This document shows positions 20,301 to 28,949 of a DNA stretch of 32,000 bases, piece after piece. The stretch spans positions 1 to 32,000 of the forward strand of contig JADGIF010000001.1 of NCBI GenBank assembly GCA_018985225.1, written 5' to 3'. The position numbers and the translations under genes are program-made. Every line of letters starts with the position of its first letter. Positions within the stretch are counted from its first letter, which is position 1. Below the pieces are notes generated by a model. The model was not told where the DNA came from. It saw only the letters and a program-made list of their open reading frames with translations, and ran no database searches. Source of the stretch: Amoeboradix gromovi X-113 (lineage: Eukaryota > Fungi > Sanchytriomycota).

Positions 20301-20739
20301 AAGCGTCTAATGAAAGAAAAGAATGCGGTTGAAAGTCAAGATACACAGCAGAGTTTTCTAAATTTTGAATTGACACAACTACCGGAACAAATGTATTAAC
20401 TGGAACTACACCAATTTTAATTGAATTCACATGTTTGATAAGCATGGGTTTTCTTTTACACTCGATAGGAACGGAGACTTCTAAGTCTTTAGAATTACAT
20501 AAAAAACTGCCGTAGTAATTGGTGTTTATAATTGGATCCAATTTAAGTATAGCCACATGCTCTAAACCGGGTGGCAACTTGACAAAAGACTGGTTTATTA
20601 ATTCAAAATCGGATGAATCAGATTTTAGTTCCAGTTCTTCAGACAAGAATCCTAGATTTTGTACCTTAAAGTGAAATAAATGAGAGTCTGTCATATCTGC
20701 ATCACATCGAGAGATTGAAAGTGGTGACACTACAAACAT
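17395..20739 (-). CDS. HYDIN-like tandem ASH/PapD-domain ciliary protein, highly diverged and short
   Basis: Repeated beta-rich units with I-x-N motifs. N-terminal order LPPGL...VSVPIEC...SIQN...WIKNNS...YPHS..AVFSP...GLEFPL...AIGP parallels the HYDIN N-terminus as I recall it. Confidence 0.6.
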   Translation of the reverse strand: MFVVSPLSISRCDADMTDSHLFHFKVQNLGFLSEELELKSDSSDFELINQSFVKLPPGLEHVAILKLDPIINTNYYGSFLCNSKDLEVSVPIECKRKPMLIKHVNSIKIGVVPVNTFVPVVVSIQNLENSAVYLDFQPHSFLSLDAFTIVVAPNSSHEVQLLIKIKALGSFSESYLFFESRLSTVHSVSISGVSILLDVELSSNLLKFPTIDSQRSSQQSIWIKNNSNYIVNYSVQSGNSSVPKFICNASSKAELNKLKSLARPWDIAIKKPLDSLQLGLNQSDTTLYPHSFSKLEAVFSPTRSGEFRSLFSLFCTGLEFPLIIELCASAIGPEGRLNISDSFDCVVGIQYSIPLSIVNLSNKIGLSYEIVLSCTSSILSENSLSGYLNPSESNSLFVKVFSELKGSKTVNIKVKFEGTDEVINKNVSCNFTTPKVEIECPSNITDTFVSLLSFPVVASKVHSTVELMLLPHNSEIELNNGMLRIFKVRDSSITIIASSKWGELGRKAIDLCTVESNTRLEKSNSGPTVTCIIYDFVYNFKLVSDNNYINREYLDIININGPITINSTFSECLVYKETDLSIKIHPTAAGEYSFDIINSKKETLHVEGEFENPKPVIRCDYDALVTMAISNFVIYASFDCDLVCVLEISVDTLLIHKIEYTLNSNIAVQHVFDENRAHLIEIKLFWNNVEIGSISFLALVENEPVEIVGDLIYGKVASNSDLTKSLTLTNKGIIAREIVIKTTDDKIIVNAKRIKLIPNISITIMVVLELTGNYDGSVLIYLKNKVIKSIPITGTVIHPQLIINSKLDVHLIPNTANKVELIVSNPFDKVLKVQFESPKYCKMSKTLKLGPNETKAISLQVLSGNEAGRAIRSVKIACIYRNCKFKQFITIENKALPFEAKIVKTEYFRSELIKLTINHPKHLLIEDGFPKYFKNVVFVSNFTNALVTDEFGYRTSLNIPQITLPRQSFECITKQIQYPCSEFEFYIPMQESRIVVLPFVDEDCSIKYIKYNNRACFRCKVINPSSVMKGFANLLLNGVLHVIPYKFVIKPLLIQLNGILHEYYNEDAVEMNCIGDVLNLSLFEVVFTAGDYEFKNEFNSKESFSIKGKRFINK

Positions 20740-21491
20740 TTTCTTGGCCTATTGGATTTTGCAAAAAATTGTTGAAAAGTGACGATGTGAGACATGCTCT
20801 ATGAAAAGTATACTAGATTGGGTAGACGTGTAAGAGAAAGAATAAGAGAAATTGAGTAATTAGGCAAAGATACCCTAACATAAAGTACCAAAACCATTTT
20901 TCTAAATGTTATTAGATAATCACAGTAATATAAAATCATTGACACCAGCGATCTCAAGAAACGCCGATATTCTCTGAAAAATATGGAATAATATTATAGC
21001 GAATAAAAGAAATGCGAAAAAGAAAGAATGTGGCAGAAAAGAGATTCTATGATGACGGCAGTGATAGCAGAGAGGCAATTGCGATATCCGAACAAGAAGC
21101 TAGTGCATGTACCTGGTAGAGCGTAATCGGCCTTCTTATTCCTAGGTATAAAAATTCCAAAGAGCGCTTTAGCTATGATGAGAATGGCAAAAGGGCAAGT
21201 GTAGTTGTATTCAGAGATCTCGTAGTGGTAAAAGATTGTTTTCGCCGTAATGCGATCGCTTGCAGAGATGTCAATGCGCGCTGCAAAAATCCTCCCGTCA
21301 TAGAGAGTACGCTGATCAATTGCAAAGGTCCAGTCGGGAGAGAAGAGGAACTAGTAGTGCGACACCGCCTGCACCACAGGCTGCAAATTGTCGGAACCCT
21401 CTGCTCAATTATTTCTAGCTTTAGCTGGTTGAGTATAGTCAGTTTAGTTTGCAGTGTATCAAAGGATATTCGAGTTCTACTTTTAAATTAT

Positions 21492-22880
21492 TTACTGTTT
21501 CTTTATTTTTACCTCATTTTTAGCTTTATTAATGGAAGGAATAATTGGGAGCACAAAGAATGCAACAATTACGGCAACATATGGTGCCCAGTACAGGCCA
21601 TCGTACACAAATCTAATTTTTGAAAAATGTAACAAATCAAAAGCAATCATAGGATAGTACAGCATAAAATGTGTAAAGAGCCATCCCAATCCTTGCGAGA
21701 AAATGTTTTTTTGAAGCCCAAATGTAATTCGCATGAATTGGTCTTCAACCGCCACTACAAGAAATTCAAATAAAAATGTTATATAGTAACCCATGTGGAA
21801 TCCATGCCACATGGCCAAAAATAGCAGAGTACCAATAGCGCTCAAATTCTTATTGTTTAAAAATTTCAATCTTTTGAAAATATACAATTTGCACCACTGG
21901 TTTGTATTGACGTTAAAATTGTCAATGCAATGACGCAATGATGTAGCAATCTCTAGATTGTAAGGTCCGATGTTACAAACGCCTTTCATGTTTACTACAT
22001 CTTTTTCAAACCCATTAAAACTTAGTCCAGATAAGGAGCAGGGGCCTTCATTTAATTTCCAGATTCCAAAGTATTTTGTGAAAGCTCGTTTGCCAGACCA
22101 GAATACAAGATACACTTTATAATACCATGGCGAGTCCAGATAAGATTGGCTCATCAATGCAGACTCAGGAAATGTCAAATTCAATAACTGAGAAAAGGCA
22201 AGATAAAATACACCATAGAAGAAGCACTTTATGCAGTACCTTTTCGATTGCTTCCAAAATGCCATTTCTAGACTATTGGACTTGGCCTCAGCAAGTAAAT
22301 CGTTATTTAAAAAGTTTGAGAAATGCCTAAAGCTAAATAAAGGTCCGACCAAGAATCCAGAAAAGAAGTAGCAGTATGCTAATAATTCAGGAAGGTTTGG
22401 TAGAGTTTTTAATGAAATATCGCCAAGCCAAGGGAGAGAACCTGTTGTCGATCCCTTATATTCAGGGTTTGCACCATCATAGTAATCCCAAGCAAATCCA
22501 ATCAAACGCAGGCACAAAACGGATTGGCATGTTGTCCAATTCAAGTCGTATCCTTCAGAAGCCTCTGTAACGTAGCTGTACAGAAGAAACCCAAAATTCC
22601 CTAAGAAGCAAATTGCAAGAGCGATTTTGCGAGAATTTTGAAAAATGAAGCAGACCTGCCAAGTCATTATGATAGTCACAATAGAATATATTAAATCAGA
22701 CTGGCAAAATATATATCCAACCGTCAAACCAGTCAACAATAAATACGACAGACGCAAGGCTTTGGAGTTATAAACAATGTTTTTGTAGCCTAGAGCGATT
22801 GGATAGCCCAAAAGTATTCCTACAAGAAGCCGAATTGACGCTTCATCCAATCCGGTTTTGGACGACAAGACATCAAACAT
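21492..22880 (-). CDS. MBOAT lysophospholipid acyltransferase (Ale1/LPCAT3-like)
   Basis: Motifs GFLVGP, FNVNTNQW..YIFKRL and FLAMWHGFHMGYY, with a KKx C-terminus. First ATG is at 22880. Confidence 0.9.
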   Translation of the reverse strand: MFDVLSSKTGLDEASIRLLVGILLGYPIALGYKNIVYNSKALRLSYLLLTGLTVGYIFCQSDLIYSIVTIIMTWQVCFIFQNSRKIALAICFLGNFGFLLYSYVTEASEGYDLNWTTCQSVLCLRLIGFAWDYYDGANPEYKGSTTGSLPWLGDISLKTLPNLPELLAYCYFFSGFLVGPLFSFRHFSNFLNNDLLAEAKSNSLEMAFWKQSKRYCIKCFFYGVFYLAFSQLLNLTFPESALMSQSYLDSPWYYKVYLVFWSGKRAFTKYFGIWKLNEGPCSLSGLSFNGFEKDVVNMKGVCNIGPYNLEIATSLRHCIDNFNVNTNQWCKLYIFKRLKFLNNKNLSAIGTLLFLAMWHGFHMGYYITFLFEFLVVAVEDQFMRITFGLQKNIFSQGLGWLFTHFMLYYPMIAFDLLHFSKIRFVYDGLYWAPYVAVIVAFFVLPIIPSINKAKNEVKIKKQ

Positions 22881-22897
22881 TGCAACAGTCTCAAAAA

Positions 22898-23662
22898 ATG
22901 GAAGAAATACATCTAAGATGCAACAACATGAATTGTAGGAAAAAATTGCAGGCTTCAGCATATGTTACAGCATGTTCACATATATTTTGTGTTTCTTGTT
23001 CCAACAAAGCGTTTACTGAGCAATTGCTTTGTCCTGTTTGCCAAAGCGCATTAACTGGTAAATTTGACATACAACAGATGGATTTAGTACCTAATGAGAC
23101 ATACAAAAGTCAAATACTTGCTGGTCTATCACCTGAAATCGTTCAGGATATCTGTTTTCGTTCAATAAGCATGTATATGTACCAGGTCTCTCAAGAAATC
23201 CAACTTCAAGAAATAATGTACAAGCAACTTCTGCAGAAATACAAGACTGAGAGAGCCAAGATTCAAAGCAGAGAACAAAATAACGCGCAAGTGGTAAATG
23301 ATTTAAAAAGGAGATTGCAGTCTTACGAAAAGCAACACGACAGCGACAAAGTTGCCATCACAGAAATACAACAACAACTAAACCAAAAGACTAGGATTTG
23401 CCAAAAGCTTCAGCATATGTATGACATGAACAAAAAACAGTCGCAGCAGATACATACAAAGCAGGAAAATATTGCTAGCAGTAGAAATACCCACTCCAGA
23501 TCTCCAAATGAAGCGAAGAAGTCTTTGTTTAAGTTCAACTCCTTTTCCAGCAGGTTTTCGAATAACTCGGCTGAAAACATGTCGGTTGCTAGCTCTGCCA
23601 AATCTCCGATTGATATCCTCCACACACCACGGCATATTTCCCCTTCCAGTAGTTTTTCTTAA
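22898..23662 (+). CDS. HEI10: Meiotic RING E3 ligase HEI10/CCNB1IP1
   Basis: LRCN..CRK.L...AYVTACSHIFCVSC...CPVC and LAGLSPE...CFRSISMYMYQ, followed by a coiled coil. ATG at 22898. Confidence 0.88.
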   Translation: MEEIHLRCNNMNCRKKLQASAYVTACSHIFCVSCSNKAFTEQLLCPVCQSALTGKFDIQQMDLVPNETYKSQILAGLSPEIVQDICFRSISMYMYQVSQEIQLQEIMYKQLLQKYKTERAKIQSREQNNAQVVNDLKRRLQSYEKQHDSDKVAITEIQQQLNQKTRICQKLQHMYDMNKKQSQQIHTKQENIASSRNTHSRSPNEAKKSLFKFNSFSSRFSNNSAENMSVASSAKSPIDILHTPRHISPSSSFS

Positions 23663-23789
23663 TCTAGGAATATCATTGCCATTTAAAAAAAAGTCTTTAA
23701 TAAACTCTTAATCTTTGACTATTACAGTTCCTTTCTCTTCATTATTCTGCTGCTTTCTTTTTTGCCAAGTTCCCTGAAACAGTATAACC

Positions 23790-24924
23790 ATGGAATCTTC
23801 ATCTCAGCACGATATTCAATCAAATATTGAAGACAGCCCTCCTAACCCCTCACCTATTCTAGCGGAAAAGACGATCAAAATCCCACTAAAGAATGTTGGT
23901 ATTGATACCTACCCGAGCCAGTTACAATCAAAACTGAAGTTGCGCGGATTTAATTTTAATATTATGGTTGTTGGGAGTTCAGGCTTAGGCAAAACTACGT
24001 TTATTAACTCATTGTTTAACTCCAATTTAGTTAAACACGAATCGCATTTGGACGAAAGTGGTACCACTCAAATAAAAATACACAATTTTACGTTGACTGA
24101 GAATGGCATCAACATGCATCTAAATCTTATCGACACTCCCGGATTTGGTCTTGGAATAAACAATGAAAATGCAATGGAAAATATCTTAAAATACATTAAA
24201 GAACAATACACTTTGTACCTACGACGCGAACTCACTGCTGCCCGTGAAAAGTTCATTCTAGATACTCGTGTTCATGCAATTTTATATTTTATATCACCCT
24301 CAGGGCATTCTTTGAAGCCACTAGATATTCTAGCACTGAAGTTGTTGGGAGATATCTGTAATGTTATACCTGTCATTGCAAAATCTGATGCTTTAACCGG
24401 TGATGAAAGAATTGCATTCAAAAAGCGAGTTCAAGAGGAATTCCAATTTCATGGTATACGATTATATCCATATGACAGCGATCCTTATCATATTGATAAA
24501 GACAAGTCGCGCTTGGAGGACGAAGACTTGCAAAAGATATTGGAGGATCAAGTAACTTTAAATCAGAAATATCGGGATTTGATGCCTTTCGCTATAATCG
24601 GCAGCGAGCTTTTAGTACCTATTGACGGGAAAGAAGGATCAAAGATGGTCCGTGGTAGAAAGACATATTGGGGTGGTGTAATTAATATAGAGGACCCAAA
24701 TCATTGCGAATTTACACAGTTGAAGAAGTTCTTATTACAGTATTTCTAACTAATGTAGAACCAATTTGCACGATTTGATTGAAACTACGGCCCTTTATCA
24801 TTATGAATTCTTTAGAACTCGTCAACTATTGGCATTGAAAGAGAGTAGAGAGCAGCATCAAGGTCCACGATCATCTGCCAATATTTCAAGGGCAGAGCTA
24901 GCGCAAAAGAAGGCAATACAATAA
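23790..24924 (+). CDS. CDC10: Septin, Cdc10/AspD group; two exons (23790..24739, 24759..24924)
   Basis: Motifs GSSGLGKTT, DTPGFG and AKSD. Splicing gives LLQTNLHDLIETTALYHYEFFRTRQLLALKES. No coiled-coil tail. Confidence 0.92.
24740..24758 (+). other. 19-nt spliceosomal intron
   Basis: Sequence GTATTTCTAACTAATGTAG with CTAAC/CTAAT branch motifs. Splicing restores the septin unique element. Confidence 0.92.
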
Positions 24925-24989
24925 ATCTAGATGAAGATTCAACTTTTTAAAACTTTGTTACTTTATACAAGCTGAAACGCAAGATAGAA

Positions 24990-26261
24990 ATGAGTTTCTT
25001 TTTTTCTCTATTATTCTCAAAGCAGCTGCTGTTTGGTTATGATTCTATATCAAACTTTAAACCAGCCATGGTTATACATTCAGCTTCAAAAACGAGCACA
25101 GTACTGCAAACTACGAATCTGAATCAATTTAAGTTCACTGAAAAAGATATCGTATATGCATTAGATGAAGAGCCTGTAATAACCCCAATAAAATTTACTA
25201 CTTTTGATGACAAAATAATACCTGATTATACGGACAAAAACACGATAATTGGAATGGCAAAGATGTCCTGGAAAGCGTATTACGAACCAAAGAATTCTAG
25301 TGAACTGGGATGGGGGTGGTCTTCACCAGGACTAAGAGGATACGTGTTTGTACCTAGTTGGATAGCCACTGATAATGACTTAGATGATTTGCCAATCTAT
25401 ACAGATGTGGAAGATATAATTATATCTATTAAGGGTACCTCGTTTTCGCTGACCGGTGGTGGAAAAGAGCAGGATTTAGATAAAAGAAGTGACAATTTAC
25501 TTTTCAGTTGCTGTTGTGCACATGTAGATGTAACCTGGAAGGATATTTGTGACTGCGCTAGCCCTGGCAAAATATGCGATGAAGCCTGCATTCATAAAGA
25601 AGTAATGGGATGCTCATCTCCCGGGTGCTCTTGTCCTTTGGGCACCTGTACTAGAACTTACTACGACTCGGCCAAGGATATCTTAGATATCGTTAAAGTA
25701 AAGTTTCCAAATGCCCGAATTCATACCACCGGACACTCCTTGGGTGGGGCTATGGCTAGCATAATGCTCAACATGATATACGCAGATCCTACTACAAATT
25801 CAAGGGGAGGAGGTTCATTTACCTATGAATCACCTGGCCAGAGACTGGCAATTCATAGGTTAGGCATACTCTTCCCTTCTCCAATATTCAATTTTGGAAA
25901 TAACGCAGACCCTGTGTATACTGGAGAGTGTAATGGAAGAACTAGCAGTTGCTACTTTTTTGGGTAGTTTTATTTTTAATTCAGGTATGCGATGGAAACA
26001 AAATGCCATGCGGGATATGTATGCGAGTATCTAACCAGAAATGCCGGGCCACCCGAAGAAACAGAAGTAGAGGCAGAGGAATCCCTTGCGTACTCTGAGG
26101 ATCTGCCATTTTACTCAAAAGATGTGGAGGCCAAATGGAGGTTGAGCATTATTCATCATAGAATCATTCCAGTAATTAAGAACGTGCTGGAGAAATACCC
26201 CGTCCCTATTTGTGTTCAGCCTATAAACTGTACCGACTGTCCAGATTGGCAGTTCAAATAA
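24990..26261 (+). CDS. ATG15: Autophagy lipase Atg15; two exons (24990..25963, 25985..26261)
   Basis: Motifs GLRGYVF, ISIKGTS, DNLLFSCCCA and TGHSLGG. Splicing gives GYAMETKCH. Confidence 0.92.
25964..25984 (+). other. 21-nt spliceosomal intron (contains an in-frame TAG)
   Basis: Sequence GTAGTTTTATTTTTAATTCAG joins two same-frame Atg15 ORFs. Confidence 0.9.
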
Positions 26262-26379
26262 ATGCTTTAATAAATTTCTGTATTTCAAATATTCAAGAGA
26301 TTTGGGAAGATGGCAAAACTGCAGCCGAGAGTGGTCACTGTAGATGTTTTATAGTCTTAACTGAAATCTTTTTACTTAG

Positions 26380-26958
26380 TTATAAACAGCTTGACTATTT
26401 TCTTGAATAAATCATTTATCGCGAATTTGTATGCATTTTTGTATAATTTCAAGACCTTTCCAGATTTTCCTAATAGCTTAAATACTCGATATTCTTCCTT
26501 TTCACAAATGGTAAATCAATTCTAAATAAATAACTAGCAGGTACAGCATACATTCGTCAACACTGAGGAACTGGTCCAAGCATGGAAGAATTAAATGACT
26601 TTCAATGCCTATTAGAGATTTCTGTACAATTTATTCAAGGAACGCTTGAGGTTCAAGTGTAACCAAAGAGGAAAGACGATGGTTGAATGTAATGAATCAT
26701 CTACTAGTCAGACATGTACAAGGTATGGCACTCTAAAGAAAACCAACTTAGAAACTTACACCTATACAAAGTGTCTTGAGAAGATAGATAGAGACCATAT
26801 GGCAACAAGGAACATACACATCAAGTATATGCATCACTATTCAATCCAGCCTCAGTGTAGTGAAGGTGTGAGCAATCACTGTAACGGAGCATCTAGCGCT
26901 GCTAGTTTCTCTGTAGAAATTCTCGATTTTCTCTGAAATCAGGACTTTTAACGAGGAG
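26380..26958 (+). mobile_element. Family A copy 2: internally deleted IS607-type element (TnpA HTH remnant, Fanzor2 remnant and omegaRNA end)
   Basis: High similarity to 16734..17337. Positions 26530..26598 encode ITSRYSIHSSTLRNWSKHGRIK* (MerR-type HTH as in IS607 TnpA). Also a decayed zinc finger with DRD and the same right end. Confidence 0.88.
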
Positions 26959-27015
26959 TAGCAAACATGATGTTAATTACTACTTGAGAATTATGTACCA
27001 GTCTCTCCTTGATAC

Positions 27016-27261
27016 ATGGGGCATTGGTTCAAGTCACCGAGTCAGCAGTATCAGGCTCAGTATTCTATTTCACCATACAGAGCAAAGCTTTTTGATCCTA
27101 TTGGGTACTCCATTAACAAAACGCTAAAGAGATTCTCATCCAATGTGTTTTACATTGGTATTCCTCTAATTATTGGATATTCCATATATAGCTGGGCAGA
27201 TAACATGAATGATTTTTTAGAGAGCAAAGCAGGTGCCAAATTGAAAGCTCAGCACTCATAA
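27016..27261 (+). CDS. QCR8: Cytochrome bc1 complex subunit 8 (Qcr8/UQCRQ)
   Basis: MGHW..P.Q...QYSISPY, a single TM segment, and FLESKAG near the C-terminus. Confidence 0.88.
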   Translation: MGHWFKSPSQQYQAQYSISPYRAKLFDPIGYSINKTLKRFSSNVFYIGIPLIIGYSIYSWADNMNDFLESKAGAKLKAQHS

Positions 27262-27447
27262 TAAATAGCCCTTGGTTTTAATTGAAAAAGTAATTTGTAG
27301 TGATTACATTAGCTCTATTGTTCCAATTTTCTCTGTTTTTATTTTTTTAAACGCGTGAAAACTCGACAATTTCTCAATTCATCAATTGAGAATGAGATCA
27401 GGTCTCGCGATCCATAAAATGCGAAATTTAAAGAAATTGTTAGCACA

Positions 27448-27955
27448 TACAGAATGATAAATTTTGTAGAATAAATGGTTTATCGAGAATCCGTATGTAT
27501 TTTTATACAGTTGCATGACTTTTCTAGATTTTCCAACACCTTAAATACTCGATATTCTTCATTTCACAAATGATAAATGGAATCAATGGATGCAATCCTG
27601 AACATATCAAAACTAAAGAAATAACTAATAGTTACAGTATACATTCATCAACGCTGAGGAACTTGCCCAAGCATAGAACAATTTGATGTCTTTAACCCGT
27701 CCTCAAAAGATATCAACGATAAATAAACTCGTAAACTATTTATTTAATAACCCGTATGTGATTGTTCTTACCACATGTGTAACAATAGAGAGTATATGGC
27801 AGCAAGGAACATATACATCAGGTACATACATCCTTACTCAATCCCGCCTCAGGGTAGAGAAAGCGTGAGCGATCACTGTAACGGAGCATCTAGCACTGCT
27901 AGTTTCTCTGTAGAGATTCTCGATTTTCTCGGAAATCAGGACTTTTAACGAGGAG
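27448..27955 (+). mobile_element. Family A copy 3: more diverged deletion derivative
   Basis: Shares the 5' region. Positions 27570..27686 encode MINGINGCNPEHIKTKEITNSYSIHSSTLRNLPKHRTI* (TnpA HTH remnant). Almost no Fanzor coding sequence remains, but the right end is intact. Confidence 0.85.
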
Positions 27956-27997
27956 TGATTACTTTATATGATAATACTACAATTATTTTTCTAACAT

Positions 27998-28198
27998 ATG
28001 ATTGGACTGTTACTGATTTCAATTGGAACTATTATATTCACTTACTATACGGCATGGGTATTTCTGCAACCTTTTGGTATAGATTGGTTCCCAAGAAGAG
28101 ATTTAGCTATCAAGATACCATTCTCACTTTTGATTTTAGGAATAACTCTTTTAGTGTCATTGTTTATACTCGTGTCAAAAAAAAACAAGAAGAAATAA
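27998..28198 (+). CDS. DPM2: Dolichol-phosphate mannosyltransferase regulatory subunit 2
   Basis: IFTYYTAWV..QPF and FPRRDLAIKIP, two TM segments, KKxKKK tail. Confidence 0.88.
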   Translation: MIGLLLISIGTIIFTYYTAWVFLQPFGIDWFPRRDLAIKIPFSLLILGITLLVSLFILVSKKNKKK

Positions 28199-28268
28199 AC
28201 AAAATAGAGCTTTTAATTTTTCACAACCTTTTCTTTAACCTTTGAAATCCTTCAAACATTTTTAGTCG

Positions 28269-28943
28269 ATGCAGCAATCTTGGGTAAGTGACGATGCCAA
28301 TAAACAATGCGTCATATGGATCGGTCAGCTCTCTGAAGAGGTAACAGACAGCTTGCTATTTGAGCTGTGCATTCAAGCGGGCCCTGTTAAAAGCGTTCAT
28401 TTACCGAGGGATAAAGTGACACTAAAGCATCAAGGATTCGGATTTTGTGAATACATGACCATTCAAGATGCAGAATATGCTATTAAAATTTTCTCTGGGA
28501 TTAAGCTTTACGGTAAGGCAATATCCCTAAAGAAGGCAGTTGAAAGTAGGACGGAATATATGGCTGGAGCGCAACTGTTCGTAGGAAACCTTGCTCCGGA
28601 AGTAGATGAGAAATTGCTGTTGGATACGTTTACTCAATTTGGGCCTATCTCCCAGGCACCTAAAATTAGTAAAGATGGTGTAACTAACCAGTCCAAAGGG
28701 TTTGGGTTTGTATGTTTTGATAATTATGATTCTGCTGATAGAGCCATAGAAGCTATGAATGGCGAACATCTTGCTAATAAAAAACTGAGAGTCTGTTATG
28801 CATATAAGCGTGAGAAAACTGCAGATAAAGTTGGAAGTGCAGCAGAAAGGCTTATAAGTAAAGAGGCAAAAAAGCACGGAGTGTTGGCTACTGGATTTAC
28901 TGTGGGTACTTCAAATACGTTTTTAGGCTATTCAATAAATTAA
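28269..28943 (+). CDS. HSH49: U2 snRNP splicing factor SF3B4/Hsh49 (two RRMs)
   Basis: Motifs QAGPV..VHLPRDKVT..HQGFGF, GAQLFVGNLAPEVDE and GSAAERL. Confidence 0.92.
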   Translation: MQQSWVSDDANKQCVIWIGQLSEEVTDSLLFELCIQAGPVKSVHLPRDKVTLKHQGFGFCEYMTIQDAEYAIKIFSGIKLYGKAISLKKAVESRTEYMAGAQLFVGNLAPEVDEKLLLDTFTQFGPISQAPKISKDGVTNQSKGFGFVCFDNYDSADRAIEAMNGEHLANKKLRVCYAYKREKTADKVGSAAERLISKEAKKHGVLATGFTVGTSNTFLGYSIN

Positions 28944-28949
28944 TTTTAT

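Noticed and set aside
22799-22961. Apparent overlap of the MBOAT and HEI10 ORFs in the ORF track
   Set aside because: It results from non-ATG starts. With the first ATGs the genes do not overlap.
26549-26585. YIRVSTEEQ-like serine recombinase catalytic motif
   Set aside because: It needs an assumed indel. Another frame gives a clean MerR-HTH motif (SSTLRNW..HG.I) with no edits.
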